DNA of 64,000 nucleotides from Candidatus Amphrikana amoebophyrae (GTDB lineage Bacteria; Chlamydiota; Chlamydiia; Chlamydiales; JACRBE01): NCBI GenBank assembly GCA_030408475.1, contig JAUHQG010000039.1, positions 76 to 64,075 of the forward strand, read 5' to 3'. Shown piece by piece: positions 56,050 to 64,000 of this stretch (position 1 is its first letter; each line of letters starts with the position of its first letter). The notes under the pieces were generated by a model. It saw only the letters and a program-made list of their open reading frames with translations, ran no database searches and was not told where the DNA came from. The position numbers and the translations under genes were made by a program.

Positions 56050-57321
56050 TCAAATCCTCTCTTTCTTGATTTGTTCTATGATATCCTCGATCAGATCAAT
56101 AGTCAAACCAGCAGATTCTGCTAAGTGGTGAGGTGTATGTGACAATACTTTTCTTGGAGTGTCAAAGCCAGCTTCTTTAAGGCTCGATATAGCCAGTTGG
56201 TTAGCGTTTGACAAAACAAGCTCTTCGTCGAGGAGAGGATCATCAGAAGCAGCAAGTTCCTGTAGTAGGAGGTGAGCTTGTTTCTCATAATCGGAAGATT
56301 TATAAACTTTTAGGTCGCATTCGATGAGATCGCCTGTGAGTCTAGCGTTAATACCTTTTCGTCCTAAGACGATTGGGTAGTCTTCATCTGTGACAACAAC
56401 GATTATACGTTGATTATCATCATCGATTTCAATTTTCTTTAAAATAACGGGTGCGACAGAATTTTTAAGAAGAGTAATAGGGTCATCTGAGTGAGGGATA
56501 ATATCAATTTTTTCGTTATTGAGTTCACGGATGATGTTTTTAACACGTCCGCCACGAACTCCAACGCAAGCTCCAACTGGATCGATTTTAAGATCAGTAG
56601 TTGAAACAGACATTTTAGTACGATATCCAGCGTCTCTCACGATTCTTTTGATAAGGATAACATTATCATGAATTTCAGGAACTTCTTGAGAGAATAACTC
56701 TTCAACAATTTTAGGATCGTTTCTTGAAAGGATAACTTCAGCACCACCATTTTCAGTATCTCTTACTTCTAGTAGGAGGGCTAAAACTCTATCACCAACT
56801 TGGATAGCTTCTTCTCTTGGGTAAAATCTGTCAGGCAAAATACCTTCTACTTTTCCAAGATCAACGATTAAAGTGCCACCGCGAGTTTTTCTTTTTACAG
56901 TTCCAGAAATGAGCTCACCAACTCTATGGCGATACTCTTCATAAATAACATCTCTTTCTGCATGACGTAATTTTTGAGTGATAACTTGGCGTGCTACTTG
57001 AGCTGCGATGCGACCAAAGTCTTTGGGTGTGACGTTGACTTGAATCCATTGGCCAATAGCGCAATCTGGGTCGAGTTCTCTAGCTGCTTCTAAAGAGATT
57101 TCTTCGTCAGGGTATTCTACCTCTTGAACAATTTCTCTTTCGACTAAAGCTTCGATTTCGCCGGTTTTAGCATTGATAGTAACATCGACATTACCAACAT
57201 CGTGAATACTTTTTTTAGCTGCAATTCTGAGTGCTTCTTCGATTGCTCCGATTAAGACATCTCTTTTGACACCTTTTTCTTTTTCAAGATATTCAAAGAT
57301 TGCTACTAAGTCTTTATTCAT
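56050..57321 (-). CDS. nusA: Transcription termination/antitermination factor NusA
   Basis: It has NusA N-terminal, S1 and KH domains (GDRV..., PVGACVGVRGGRVKNI). Confidence 0.93.
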   Translation of the reverse strand: MNKDLVAIFEYLEKEKGVKRDVLIGAIEEALRIAAKKSIHDVGNVDVTINAKTGEIEALVEREIVQEVEYPDEEISLEAARELDPDCAIGQWIQVNVTPKDFGRIAAQVARQVITQKLRHAERDVIYEEYRHRVGELISGTVKRKTRGGTLIVDLGKVEGILPDRFYPREEAIQVGDRVLALLLEVRDTENGGAEVILSRNDPKIVEELFSQEVPEIHDNVILIKRIVRDAGYRTKMSVSTTDLKIDPVGACVGVRGGRVKNIIRELNNEKIDIIPHSDDPITLLKNSVAPVILKKIEIDDDNQRIIVVVTDEDYPIVLGRKGINARLTGDLIECDLKVYKSSDYEKQAHLLLQELAASDDPLLDEELVLSNANQLAISSLKEAGFDTPRKVLSHTPHHLAESAGLTIDLIEDIIEQIKKERI

Positions 57322-57418
57322 TTTTTGTGCCTCATTATTTATTACTCATTAGCAAGAAAGATGACTCTAGGCCATCTTTCTTGCGGCTATTATCTCCAAA
57401 AACAGGAGTTAAATAGCG

Positions 57419-59155
57419 TTACGATTTACTCTCAGTTGCTTCAGTAGTAGCTGCAGACTCAGATGATCCCATTTCGATATCATCTTTGTTTACTTTTCCA
57501 CCATGTTCAGCAAGATAATCCTTTAGCGATAAAGAGATTTTCTTGTGCTCAGGGTCTAGCTTAATTACCATAGCTTCAACTTTGTCGCCAACGTCTACGA
57601 GATCTTCGATCTTGTTGAATGATACGTCAGATAGTTCAGAAACGTGAACTAGTCCTTCGATACCGTTGTCGAGTTCAATGAAAGCACCAAAAGCGGTAAT
57701 TTTAGCAACTTCTCCTTTAAGGACGCTGCCAACTGGCATTGTCTTTTCAATCGATTCCCAAGGGTTTGATGTAAGTTGTTTTACACCAAGAGTGATTTTT
57801 TTACTATCTTTATCGACAGAAAGAATCACAGAGTTTACTTTGTCGCCTTTCTTTAATACTTCAGAAGGGTGAGAAACTTTTTTGATCCAGCTAAGGTCTG
57901 AAATATGGATTAGACCATCAACACCTGGTTCTAGTTCAACAAAAGCGCCATAGTTAGTTAAGTTGCGGATTTCAACTTCGACTTCAGTTCCTTCAGGATA
58001 TTTAGCGTCAACTTCTTCCCAAGGATTCTTCTCTGTCTGCTTAATACCGAGAGAGATTTTTCCTTCAGCTTTTTGGATTGACAAAACGATAGCTTCAACT
58101 TCGTCATCTTTGTAGACGATTTGAGAAGGATCAGTAACGTTTTTCACCCAAGACATTTCTGAAACGTGGATAAGACCTTCGATACCTGGTTCAATCTCGA
58201 TGAAAGCTCCATAAGGAACTAGGTTTACAATTTTACCTTTAACAAGTGTGCCTGGTGGATATCTTTCTTCGATTTCAACCCATGGATTTTGTTCTTTTTG
58301 CTTAAGTCCAAGAGCAACTCTACCTTTACTTTGGTCAATGCTCAAGATCATAACTTCTAATTCATCGCCTAGGGCAACCATTTCAGAAGGGTGCTTGATT
58401 CTTTTCCAAGTCATGTCAGTGATATGTAATAGACCATCAATGCCGTCTAAGTCTAAAAAGACACCAAAGTCAGTAACGTTTTTGACGATACCTTTGCGCA
58501 CTTCGCCTTCTTGAATATTTTCAAGTAGCTCAGCTTTCTTCGATACGCGCTCTTCTTCAAGAAGTTCACGACGAGAAACAACGATATTCTTTCTTTCAAT
58601 ATTGATTTTGAGGATTTTGAAGTCAAAAGTGTGACCCAAGTACTCATCAATATTTTTAATTCTTTTGTTGTCAATTTGAGAGCCTGGCAAGAAAGCTTCC
58701 ATGCCGATATCAACCATCAAACCACCTTTCACCTTACGGATAACTTTACCGCGGATGATAGATCCTTCTTCACAGTTATTAAGTATGTATTCCCACTGAC
58801 GTTGCTTACGAGCTTTTTCACGTGATAATACAATCTGTCCGTCGTCGCCTTCAGCGCGATCTAAATAAACTTCGATTTCTGTGTTGAGTTGAATCTCTGT
58901 AGGATCTGAGAACTCTGAAATTGAGATCAGTCCTTCTGATTTAAGACCTACGTCTACAACGACGAAGTCTTTGGTTAATTCTACAATTGTTCCCTTAAGA
59001 ATCTGGCCAGCTACCATTGAACTTGCTGATTGCTCATCATCTGAGCCTTCTCTTTCTTCTAGTAGGGCTTGGAAAAGATTAGCATCTTCCTCGGTGAATT
59101 CCATATCATCGAGCACTTTACTTGTATCCCAATCGTAGGTTAGTTGTTTTGACAT
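57419..59155 (-). CDS. rpsA: 30S ribosomal protein S1
   Basis: It has six S1 repeats (G.V..VT.FGAFV.L..GI.GL.H.S). Confidence 0.93.
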   Translation of the reverse strand: MSKQLTYDWDTSKVLDDMEFTEEDANLFQALLEEREGSDDEQSASSMVAGQILKGTIVELTKDFVVVDVGLKSEGLISISEFSDPTEIQLNTEIEVYLDRAEGDDGQIVLSREKARKQRQWEYILNNCEEGSIIRGKVIRKVKGGLMVDIGMEAFLPGSQIDNKRIKNIDEYLGHTFDFKILKINIERKNIVVSRRELLEEERVSKKAELLENIQEGEVRKGIVKNVTDFGVFLDLDGIDGLLHITDMTWKRIKHPSEMVALGDELEVMILSIDQSKGRVALGLKQKEQNPWVEIEERYPPGTLVKGKIVNLVPYGAFIEIEPGIEGLIHVSEMSWVKNVTDPSQIVYKDDEVEAIVLSIQKAEGKISLGIKQTEKNPWEEVDAKYPEGTEVEVEIRNLTNYGAFVELEPGVDGLIHISDLSWIKKVSHPSEVLKKGDKVNSVILSVDKDSKKITLGVKQLTSNPWESIEKTMPVGSVLKGEVAKITAFGAFIELDNGIEGLVHVSELSDVSFNKIEDLVDVGDKVEAMVIKLDPEHKKISLSLKDYLAEHGGKVNKDDIEMGSSESAATTEATESKS

Positions 59156-59280
59156 TTAAAAGGTTCTCCAAAAGTTAACTTCAATATGGGGAAAGTCTAT
59201 CAAACATTTCATAATAAAAGCAAGTGTGGTATGAGATATAGTGGTTTTTGGTCTATTATTTTAAGATAAAGGGGTAATTT

Positions 59281-60081
59281 GTGGCAAGAATAGTGATGAA
59301 ATTTGGAGGCGCCGCTCTATCAACATTGGAATTGATTAAAGAAGCAGCAATAAAAATCAAAAAAAAACTTAAAAGTTATGATGAAATAATAATTGTGGCC
59401 TCAGCTATGGGTTCAATGACAGATGATTTATTGGAATTAGCAAAAAAAATGAACCCTAATCCGCCAAAAAGAGAGCAAGATATGTTGTTGACAGCTGGAG
59501 AGCGCATAAGCATGTCGCTGCTTTCTATAGCATTAGATCAATTAGGTATTAACGGGGTGAGTTTAACGGGAAGTCAGTCTGGTATAATCACAACTGATGA
59601 CCATTCTAATGCTTATATTATAGATGTAAGACCTATTCGAATACCCAATCTGCTTAAAGAGAATGGGGTTGTGGTTGTGGCGGGTTTCCAAGGGGTAAGT
59701 GAAAAAAAAGAAATTACTACTTTAGGGAGAGGGGGATCAGATACAACCGCAATAGCTCTTGGCGTTGCTCTAAATGCAGAAAAAGTTGAATTTTATAAAG
59801 ATGTTGAAGGTTTTTATACGGATGACCCTAAGATAGATAGTTTAGCTACATTAATCGAACATCTAAATTATGATGAAGCGTTAGAGCTTATAAAGCTGTC
59901 AGGGCGTTATGTTGTTCATCCAAGGGCAATTGAGTTGGCTAAGAAAAACGGGATTCCCGTTCATATTTTGCCTTATCAAAAAGAAAGCTTGGCAAAAAAA
60001 GGGAAAGGGAGTTGGATAATAGATAGTGCCTTCAGACCCCCATCTCGAGCTGTTTATGAAAAAGAGTTTGCCTTTTCTTGA
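59281..60081 (+). CDS. Aspartokinase catalytic domain protein lacking ACT regulatory domains
   Basis: Aspartokinase motifs are KFGGAAL, VASAMGSMTDDLLELA, LLTAGERISMSLLSIAL, VAGFQG and TLGRGGSDTTAIALG. The protein is only 266 aa. The start is GTG. Confidence 0.75.
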   Translation: MARIVMKFGGAALSTLELIKEAAIKIKKKLKSYDEIIIVASAMGSMTDDLLELAKKMNPNPPKREQDMLLTAGERISMSLLSIALDQLGINGVSLTGSQSGIITTDDHSNAYIIDVRPIRIPNLLKENGVVVVAGFQGVSEKKEITTLGRGGSDTTAIALGVALNAEKVEFYKDVEGFYTDDPKIDSLATLIEHLNYDEALELIKLSGRYVVHPRAIELAKKNGIPVHILPYQKESLAKKGKGSWIIDSAFRPPSRAVYEKEFAFS

Positions 60082-61714
60082 TTCTATTTCCAATGAAGCT
60101 GTTTGTGCGGCTTTAAAAAAAATATTACCTGCAAAATTAGATCCTGTAAACCTGGAGAAACAGCTTCCACTATTCAAATTTAATCTAAAAAAAAATGAAC
60201 TCTCTTTATTTTTATTGGCAAAAAAAAGGAGAGGGTTGACTAAGTTTGTTCTAGAAATGTGGAGCAAGTGGGTCGTTCCAGGGCTTTATTTAGAGCTTGA
60301 TTTCTTTTCTAAGACAAATTTCACACTTAAGGATTCAGTTTATTCTTTATTTGAGGCTAAGGTTGCTATAGAAGAACCTAATTGGATTGATTCTATTCAT
60401 ATCCACTTGCCTATATTAAGTCATGAAATTCAGTTTGGGGCCTCGGCTTCATACTATCAAGCTATGCAAATTCTTGAAATGAAGGGATTGTCTTTAAGTG
60501 ACAAGACAATTGCATTGCAAGAAGATATGGCTCATTTGGTTCAAAGATACCCTGGCAAAATTGATTCTGACATCTACCCTCTTATGAGGCTTGTGATGGG
60601 GGCTTGCTCTGAGCGGTTTAAAAGGGTGCACTCTCAAAGGCACTTGACTAAACTGGTTTATATGACCTATCAGTTAATGGGGAAATTAAAACAACAGCGT
60701 TCGCAGCGCTTTGTTGGCGGCCATGTCTTCAAATTTAAGTCACAGGCATCTCTTCAAACCGAAAAGAAGTGGACAATTCTTTTTGCTGTAAGCTTGAAAA
60801 GTGGCAATGAAGTATTTGAGCTAAATCATTTTATTTCAGTAGTTAAAGAGGTTATTCCAAGTGAAATCGATGAAGAGCTGTCTTGTCAATTTGAGATGAA
60901 AGAGCTAGGGGGGCAATTTTTCATGGTAGAGGTTGATGAGCAACCAATGGCGATTTATAGGATTAAAAATGAGCTAAAAAAGAAGGTTGGTCAATCGATT
61001 CAAAAAATGGTAAGACCTGTTTTTATGCCCCGAAATGAGGAAGAGGTGTTAAAAAATATTGTTGAATTGAGTCGTCAACTTAAGTATGTGCACGATATCC
61101 CTCAAGTTATGATTAATTTTGATCGTCAAACTGAAAATCAAATATTTTTTCGTGTTATTTTAGCCAGGTTGATTAAGGAAAAAACAACCCCACTGGATCG
61201 ATTAAAAGATATTTTAATGAGTAAAGTTGAGGTTAGTTTAGAGAGAAAGCGTCATGCGGGCATACTGCGTAAGAAAATTAGTAAAGAGGTGAGTGTTTGG
61301 AGAGTGGGGTTTAAGTTGGAGGGTTTTTTAAGAGGGGACAACACTCTTGACTTATACAAGGCTAGGTATGAAGCTTACAGGCAATTTAAAGAAGTTTTTG
61401 GGGAAATTCGTGATTTTAATGGTGGGCTTATGGCTAAGCAAAGAGAGCGACTTGAGGAGTTAAAAGATAAATTGAAACAATCGCATCATAATAGCTTGTT
61501 TAAAGACTTTTTCTTTTCTTTATACCCAGTTGAATATCGAACTGTTTGGAAAGAGGAAGAGGTTTTGCAGTTTTTTCACGATTATTTAAAGTGGCTTGAT
61601 GGTGGAGGTGGGAGTTTTAAAGAGGTTTCAGCTAATTATAGTGAATTAGATTTTGACGAAAAGATGCACCTTAAAATGGAAAGGGGTGAATTGATGGTAA
61701 TTGGTTGTTTTTAA
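60056..61714 (+). CDS. Hypothetical protein (552 aa from ATG 60056) overlapping the aspartokinase-like gene
   Basis: This is a long ORF with no recognisable motif. The ATG at 60056 (MKKSLPF) lies 26 nt inside the upstream gene. A GTG at 60026 is an alternative start. Confidence 0.5.
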   Translation: MKKSLPFLDSISNEAVCAALKKILPAKLDPVNLEKQLPLFKFNLKKNELSLFLLAKKRRGLTKFVLEMWSKWVVPGLYLELDFFSKTNFTLKDSVYSLFEAKVAIEEPNWIDSIHIHLPILSHEIQFGASASYYQAMQILEMKGLSLSDKTIALQEDMAHLVQRYPGKIDSDIYPLMRLVMGACSERFKRVHSQRHLTKLVYMTYQLMGKLKQQRSQRFVGGHVFKFKSQASLQTEKKWTILFAVSLKSGNEVFELNHFISVVKEVIPSEIDEELSCQFEMKELGGQFFMVEVDEQPMAIYRIKNELKKKVGQSIQKMVRPVFMPRNEEEVLKNIVELSRQLKYVHDIPQVMINFDRQTENQIFFRVILARLIKEKTTPLDRLKDILMSKVEVSLERKRHAGILRKKISKEVSVWRVGFKLEGFLRGDNTLDLYKARYEAYRQFKEVFGEIRDFNGGLMAKQRERLEELKDKLKQSHHNSLFKDFFFSLYPVEYRTVWKEEEVLQFFHDYLKWLDGGGGSFKEVSANYSELDFDEKMHLKMERGELMVIGCF

Positions 61715-61759
61715 TGGGTGATGTTGTTATAATTCTTTCAATTCCAGCAAGGGGGAGTT

Positions 61760-62284
61760 ATGGTAACTGCGTTAAGAGTTGGTGAAAGCGCTATATTCTT
61801 TTTTGCAAAAAATAGGAGTGACAAAGTGAGTGCATTCTTGCAGCTTGCTTTTCTTGCTATAGACTTTGGTATTAAATTTATGCCAAAGGCTGTTTTATCA
61901 AAAAATTGGATAGATTTGGCAAAAAACGAAGATGATGAGAGTGTTCTAAATAAAAATTACATCTTTAGAGTTGTGAATGTGGTAAATGGAGTGCTCAATG
62001 GTGTGGTTCCATTATTATTCAAAAATAGAGTGTCTACGGGATTTAAATACGTGTTAGGTTCGGCTAGGATTTTAAGCACTTTTATTTCTCTATATTCAAT
62101 CTTTGGGATGGTTCGCGCTAAGAGAGAGGGTGAAGATTTAGGTTTAAATCGATTGTCTTACAGCGCAGATGTGAAGCTTGAGAGTAGGCAATATGAGCTA
62201 GGCATGTGGCAAGTTGTAGCGTTAAATATAGCAAGTTTTTTGATTTCCTCACCAGTATTGAGTTTGTCTAAGATGTTGATTTAA
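61760..62284 (+). CDS. Hypothetical membrane protein
   Basis: The 174-aa protein has several hydrophobic segments and a layout similar to the next ORF. Confidence 0.4.
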   Translation: MVTALRVGESAIFFFAKNRSDKVSAFLQLAFLAIDFGIKFMPKAVLSKNWIDLAKNEDDESVLNKNYIFRVVNVVNGVLNGVVPLLFKNRVSTGFKYVLGSARILSTFISLYSIFGMVRAKREGEDLGLNRLSYSADVKLESRQYELGMWQVVALNIASFLISSPVLSLSKMLI

Positions 62285-62347
62285 GCTTGATGTAAATTTA
62301 CAGTAACTTTATAATAGCCTCTTTTAAAGACAACACCTTGGGGTAGT

Positions 62348-62989
62348 ATGTATTCAGTAGCTAGTAGATTAGGTAACGGATTTTTAGCGCTAACAGGTGC
62401 TCCTTCGAGTCCTATTAGAAATGTATCAGCGGTAGTAAGTTTAGCTACTTGTGTTATTTCAATGATACCTCCAGATCTCATTGCAAAATTTGTGCCATTT
62501 ACAGCAAGAGATAGTTCTGATGGTGTAGCATACCCTCTGCAGGGGGAAGTTGGCGATGAAAGTATTGGCGATGATGAGATTAAACTGATTTCTAACTTAT
62601 CTCAATTCTCGCTTTTGGGTTCTCTTTTAACAAACCGCTTGGTAGTCTCAGCTATTAGCTCTGTAGCCAATAGTACGATAATGAGGGTTCCTCAAATAGC
62701 GAGCAAGCTTGGCTCTACAAGAGTTCAAACTGTAATAGCTTCTGCTGTTGGGGTTGCTCGATTGGCATCTTTTGTTGCTTCATGCATGTTGACATTGGGT
62801 GTTGCTGACATTTTTATTAAAGTGAAAAATAATGAAGGAATAGCTCCTAATGTTGTGAAATTTAATATTGATGGGGATAATTCTCACGATTGGAGTATCT
62901 ATCAACGCGGTCTGTTGGCTGCTGTAACAAGTGTTACTTCTTCAATTATACCTAATGTGGGTAGATTGCTCGTTGGCCTTGTTCGATAG
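62348..62989 (+). CDS. Hypothetical membrane protein (distant paralog of previous ORF?)
   Basis: The 213-aa protein has Ser/Ala/Val-rich hydrophobic segments at both ends and an acidic loop. Confidence 0.4.
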   Translation: MYSVASRLGNGFLALTGAPSSPIRNVSAVVSLATCVISMIPPDLIAKFVPFTARDSSDGVAYPLQGEVGDESIGDDEIKLISNLSQFSLLGSLLTNRLVVSAISSVANSTIMRVPQIASKLGSTRVQTVIASAVGVARLASFVASCMLTLGVADIFIKVKNNEGIAPNVVKFNIDGDNSHDWSIYQRGLLAAVTSVTSSIIPNVGRLLVGLVR

Positions 62990-62995
62990 TTTTTA

Positions 62996-63026
62996 GTGCC
63001 CCCTATTTTATTGCGAATAGGGGCAC
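62996..63026. terminator. Hairpin between convergent genes
   Basis: The arms are gtgccccctatt and aataggggcac (11 bp with one bulged C) around an 8-nt loop. The flanking T tracts are weak. Confidence 0.3.
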
Positions 63027-63048
63027 ATTCGTAAGTTATTTATATTAC

Positions 63049-63783
63049 TCAAGGCTCTCTTATTAGATACTTTTGAGCCCAAGCGTCAACTTGAACCTCT
63101 GAATTTTCTCTTATAAACTTTGTTAAGCTTCGCCGTTTAGTCTCAATTTCTGCTTTAATTGGCAGATCTGTCGCATTTTGACTAAATAAATATAGTGAGT
63201 GCATCATCTTAGATAAGCGTATCGAGTATCCTACCCACTTTTGCTCATTTGTCGTAACTAGAGAGTCGGTTATAGTGTACCATCCCCATGACTGTGCGAC
63301 TAAATCAATACCTTCAAAATAACTTGTCATAAACTCATTATCTCGAAGTAATGTTTTGACATTTTCGGTGTTGAGAGTGTATTTTGTCCCTTGTCCTGCA
63401 GTAGGTCTGTCGGTTGGAAACATCCACCAATCAAAGCCCTCTCCTTGATGAGTGCGAAGTGAACTCCAGATGTTTTGGTCAGCGAGTTGTTTAAGTTTTG
63501 CTAGGCAAGTCGATTGCTTGATTTTAAGAGCGGCTATTCCTACAAAATGAGTTCTATCCACTTGGCTTGTTGATCTAGTAGGTGGCGGAAGGTCTTGGGA
63601 TGTGTTAGGTGAAGGGTGAAAAAGGCTTCCCAATAAATGAGCAGCTCCAAAAGCAAGTAAATATCGTCCTTTTGTCAAAATAGTAAGAGCAATATTGACT
63701 ATGATAGACGATGTAGTCTGGGTAAGGTTGTGGCTTTTGTCCAGAGGATGAATGAGAAAGTGGTATATATTTTGAATAAACAT
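63049..63783 (-). CDS. Hypothetical protein with N-terminal membrane anchor
   Basis: The 244-aa protein has hydrophobic N-terminal segments and a Trp-rich core (GFDWWMFPTDRP ... AQSWGWYT). See the findings for a tentative family resemblance. Confidence 0.45.
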   Translation of the reverse strand: MFIQNIYHFLIHPLDKSHNLTQTTSSIIVNIALTILTKGRYLLAFGAAHLLGSLFHPSPNTSQDLPPPTRSTSQVDRTHFVGIAALKIKQSTCLAKLKQLADQNIWSSLRTHQGEGFDWWMFPTDRPTAGQGTKYTLNTENVKTLLRDNEFMTSYFEGIDLVAQSWGWYTITDSLVTTNEQKWVGYSIRLSKMMHSLYLFSQNATDLPIKAEIETKRRSLTKFIRENSEVQVDAWAQKYLIREP

Positions 63784-63841
63784 TTTGAAATTATACTAAA
63801 TTAAAAGATTAAAATATACTTTTTTAGCTAAATTCTCGGTT

Positions 63842-64000
63842 TCAAAAAGTCTTTGGCTTTTTATGGGTTTTGGGGCGGAGCTCCAATATTTCGGGAAGAA
63901 CAGGTAAAGGTTGACCCCTCTCCACTGAACAAATAGTTGCTTCTAAGTCTATCACTTGAACTGATTGTGCGATAGAGGCTAAATTATTATGGGGGTGATC
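63842..64000 (-). CDS. Possible 3' end of a gene running off the window
   Basis: The minus-strand frame stays open from the window edge for 52 codons (...SIAQSVQVIDLEATICSVERGQPLPVLPEILELRPKTHKKPKTF) to the stop at 63842-63844. It is too short to appear in the ORF track. Confidence 0.25.
   Translation of the reverse strand, partial: DHPHNNLASIAQSVQVIDLEATICSVERGQPLPVLPEILELRPKTHKKPKTF

Noticed and set aside
60026-60055. GTG start of the 562-aa ORF
   Set aside because: An ATG at 60056 (MKKSLPF) gives a shorter overlap with the upstream gene. Neither start can be proven from the sequence alone.

Overview
This 64 kb window is a low-GC chromosome segment. Gene content and order place it in an environmental, amoeba-associated member of the Chlamydiae (Parachlamydiaceae/Protochlamydia-like). 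Markers are a fused glyQS, a SEC-C-tagged map, the chlamydial T3SS genes malQ-scc1-copN and cdsV-cdsU, an HKD/PLD protein and F-box proteins. Two backbone blocks match what I recall of Chlamydia trachomatis gene order (from memory, to be verified): glyQS-pgsA-glgA-ctc-pth-rpsF-rpsR-rplI-ispE, and PLD-rpmB ... malQ-scc1-copN-cdsV-cdsU-ychF-truB-rbfA-infB-nusA-rpsA. The interesting material interrupts this backbone. (i) About 8.3 kb lies between copN and cdsV. It carries a tightly packed operon of HAAAP permease, MIO-type ammonia-lyase, archaeal/eukaryal-type HisRS and MFS exporter, plus a divergent unknown protein overlapping a cysteine desulfurase, and a possible transposase remnant. (ii) About 5.8 kb lies between cdsU and ychF. 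It carries two tandemly duplicated F-box-like + HExxH zincin proteins with duplicated promoters, a canonical F-box protein and a repeat-tailed protein. (iii) The first gene has a disordered basic/Ser-Pro N-half and a C-terminal HxE...CxxC deaminase-like core. (iv) A family of small palindromic MITE-like elements with AAACCCAAGTTGTGTGTAACA termini occurs at four or more loci. (v) hldD sits next to an hldE-like kinase whose adenylyltransferase HxGH motif is lost. (vi) CdsU has NPSS where the NPTH autocleavage motif is expected. There is one tRNA (Gln-UUG). I saw no rRNA, CRISPR array or intact transposase. All functional calls rest on reading motifs in the supplied translations. No database search was possible.
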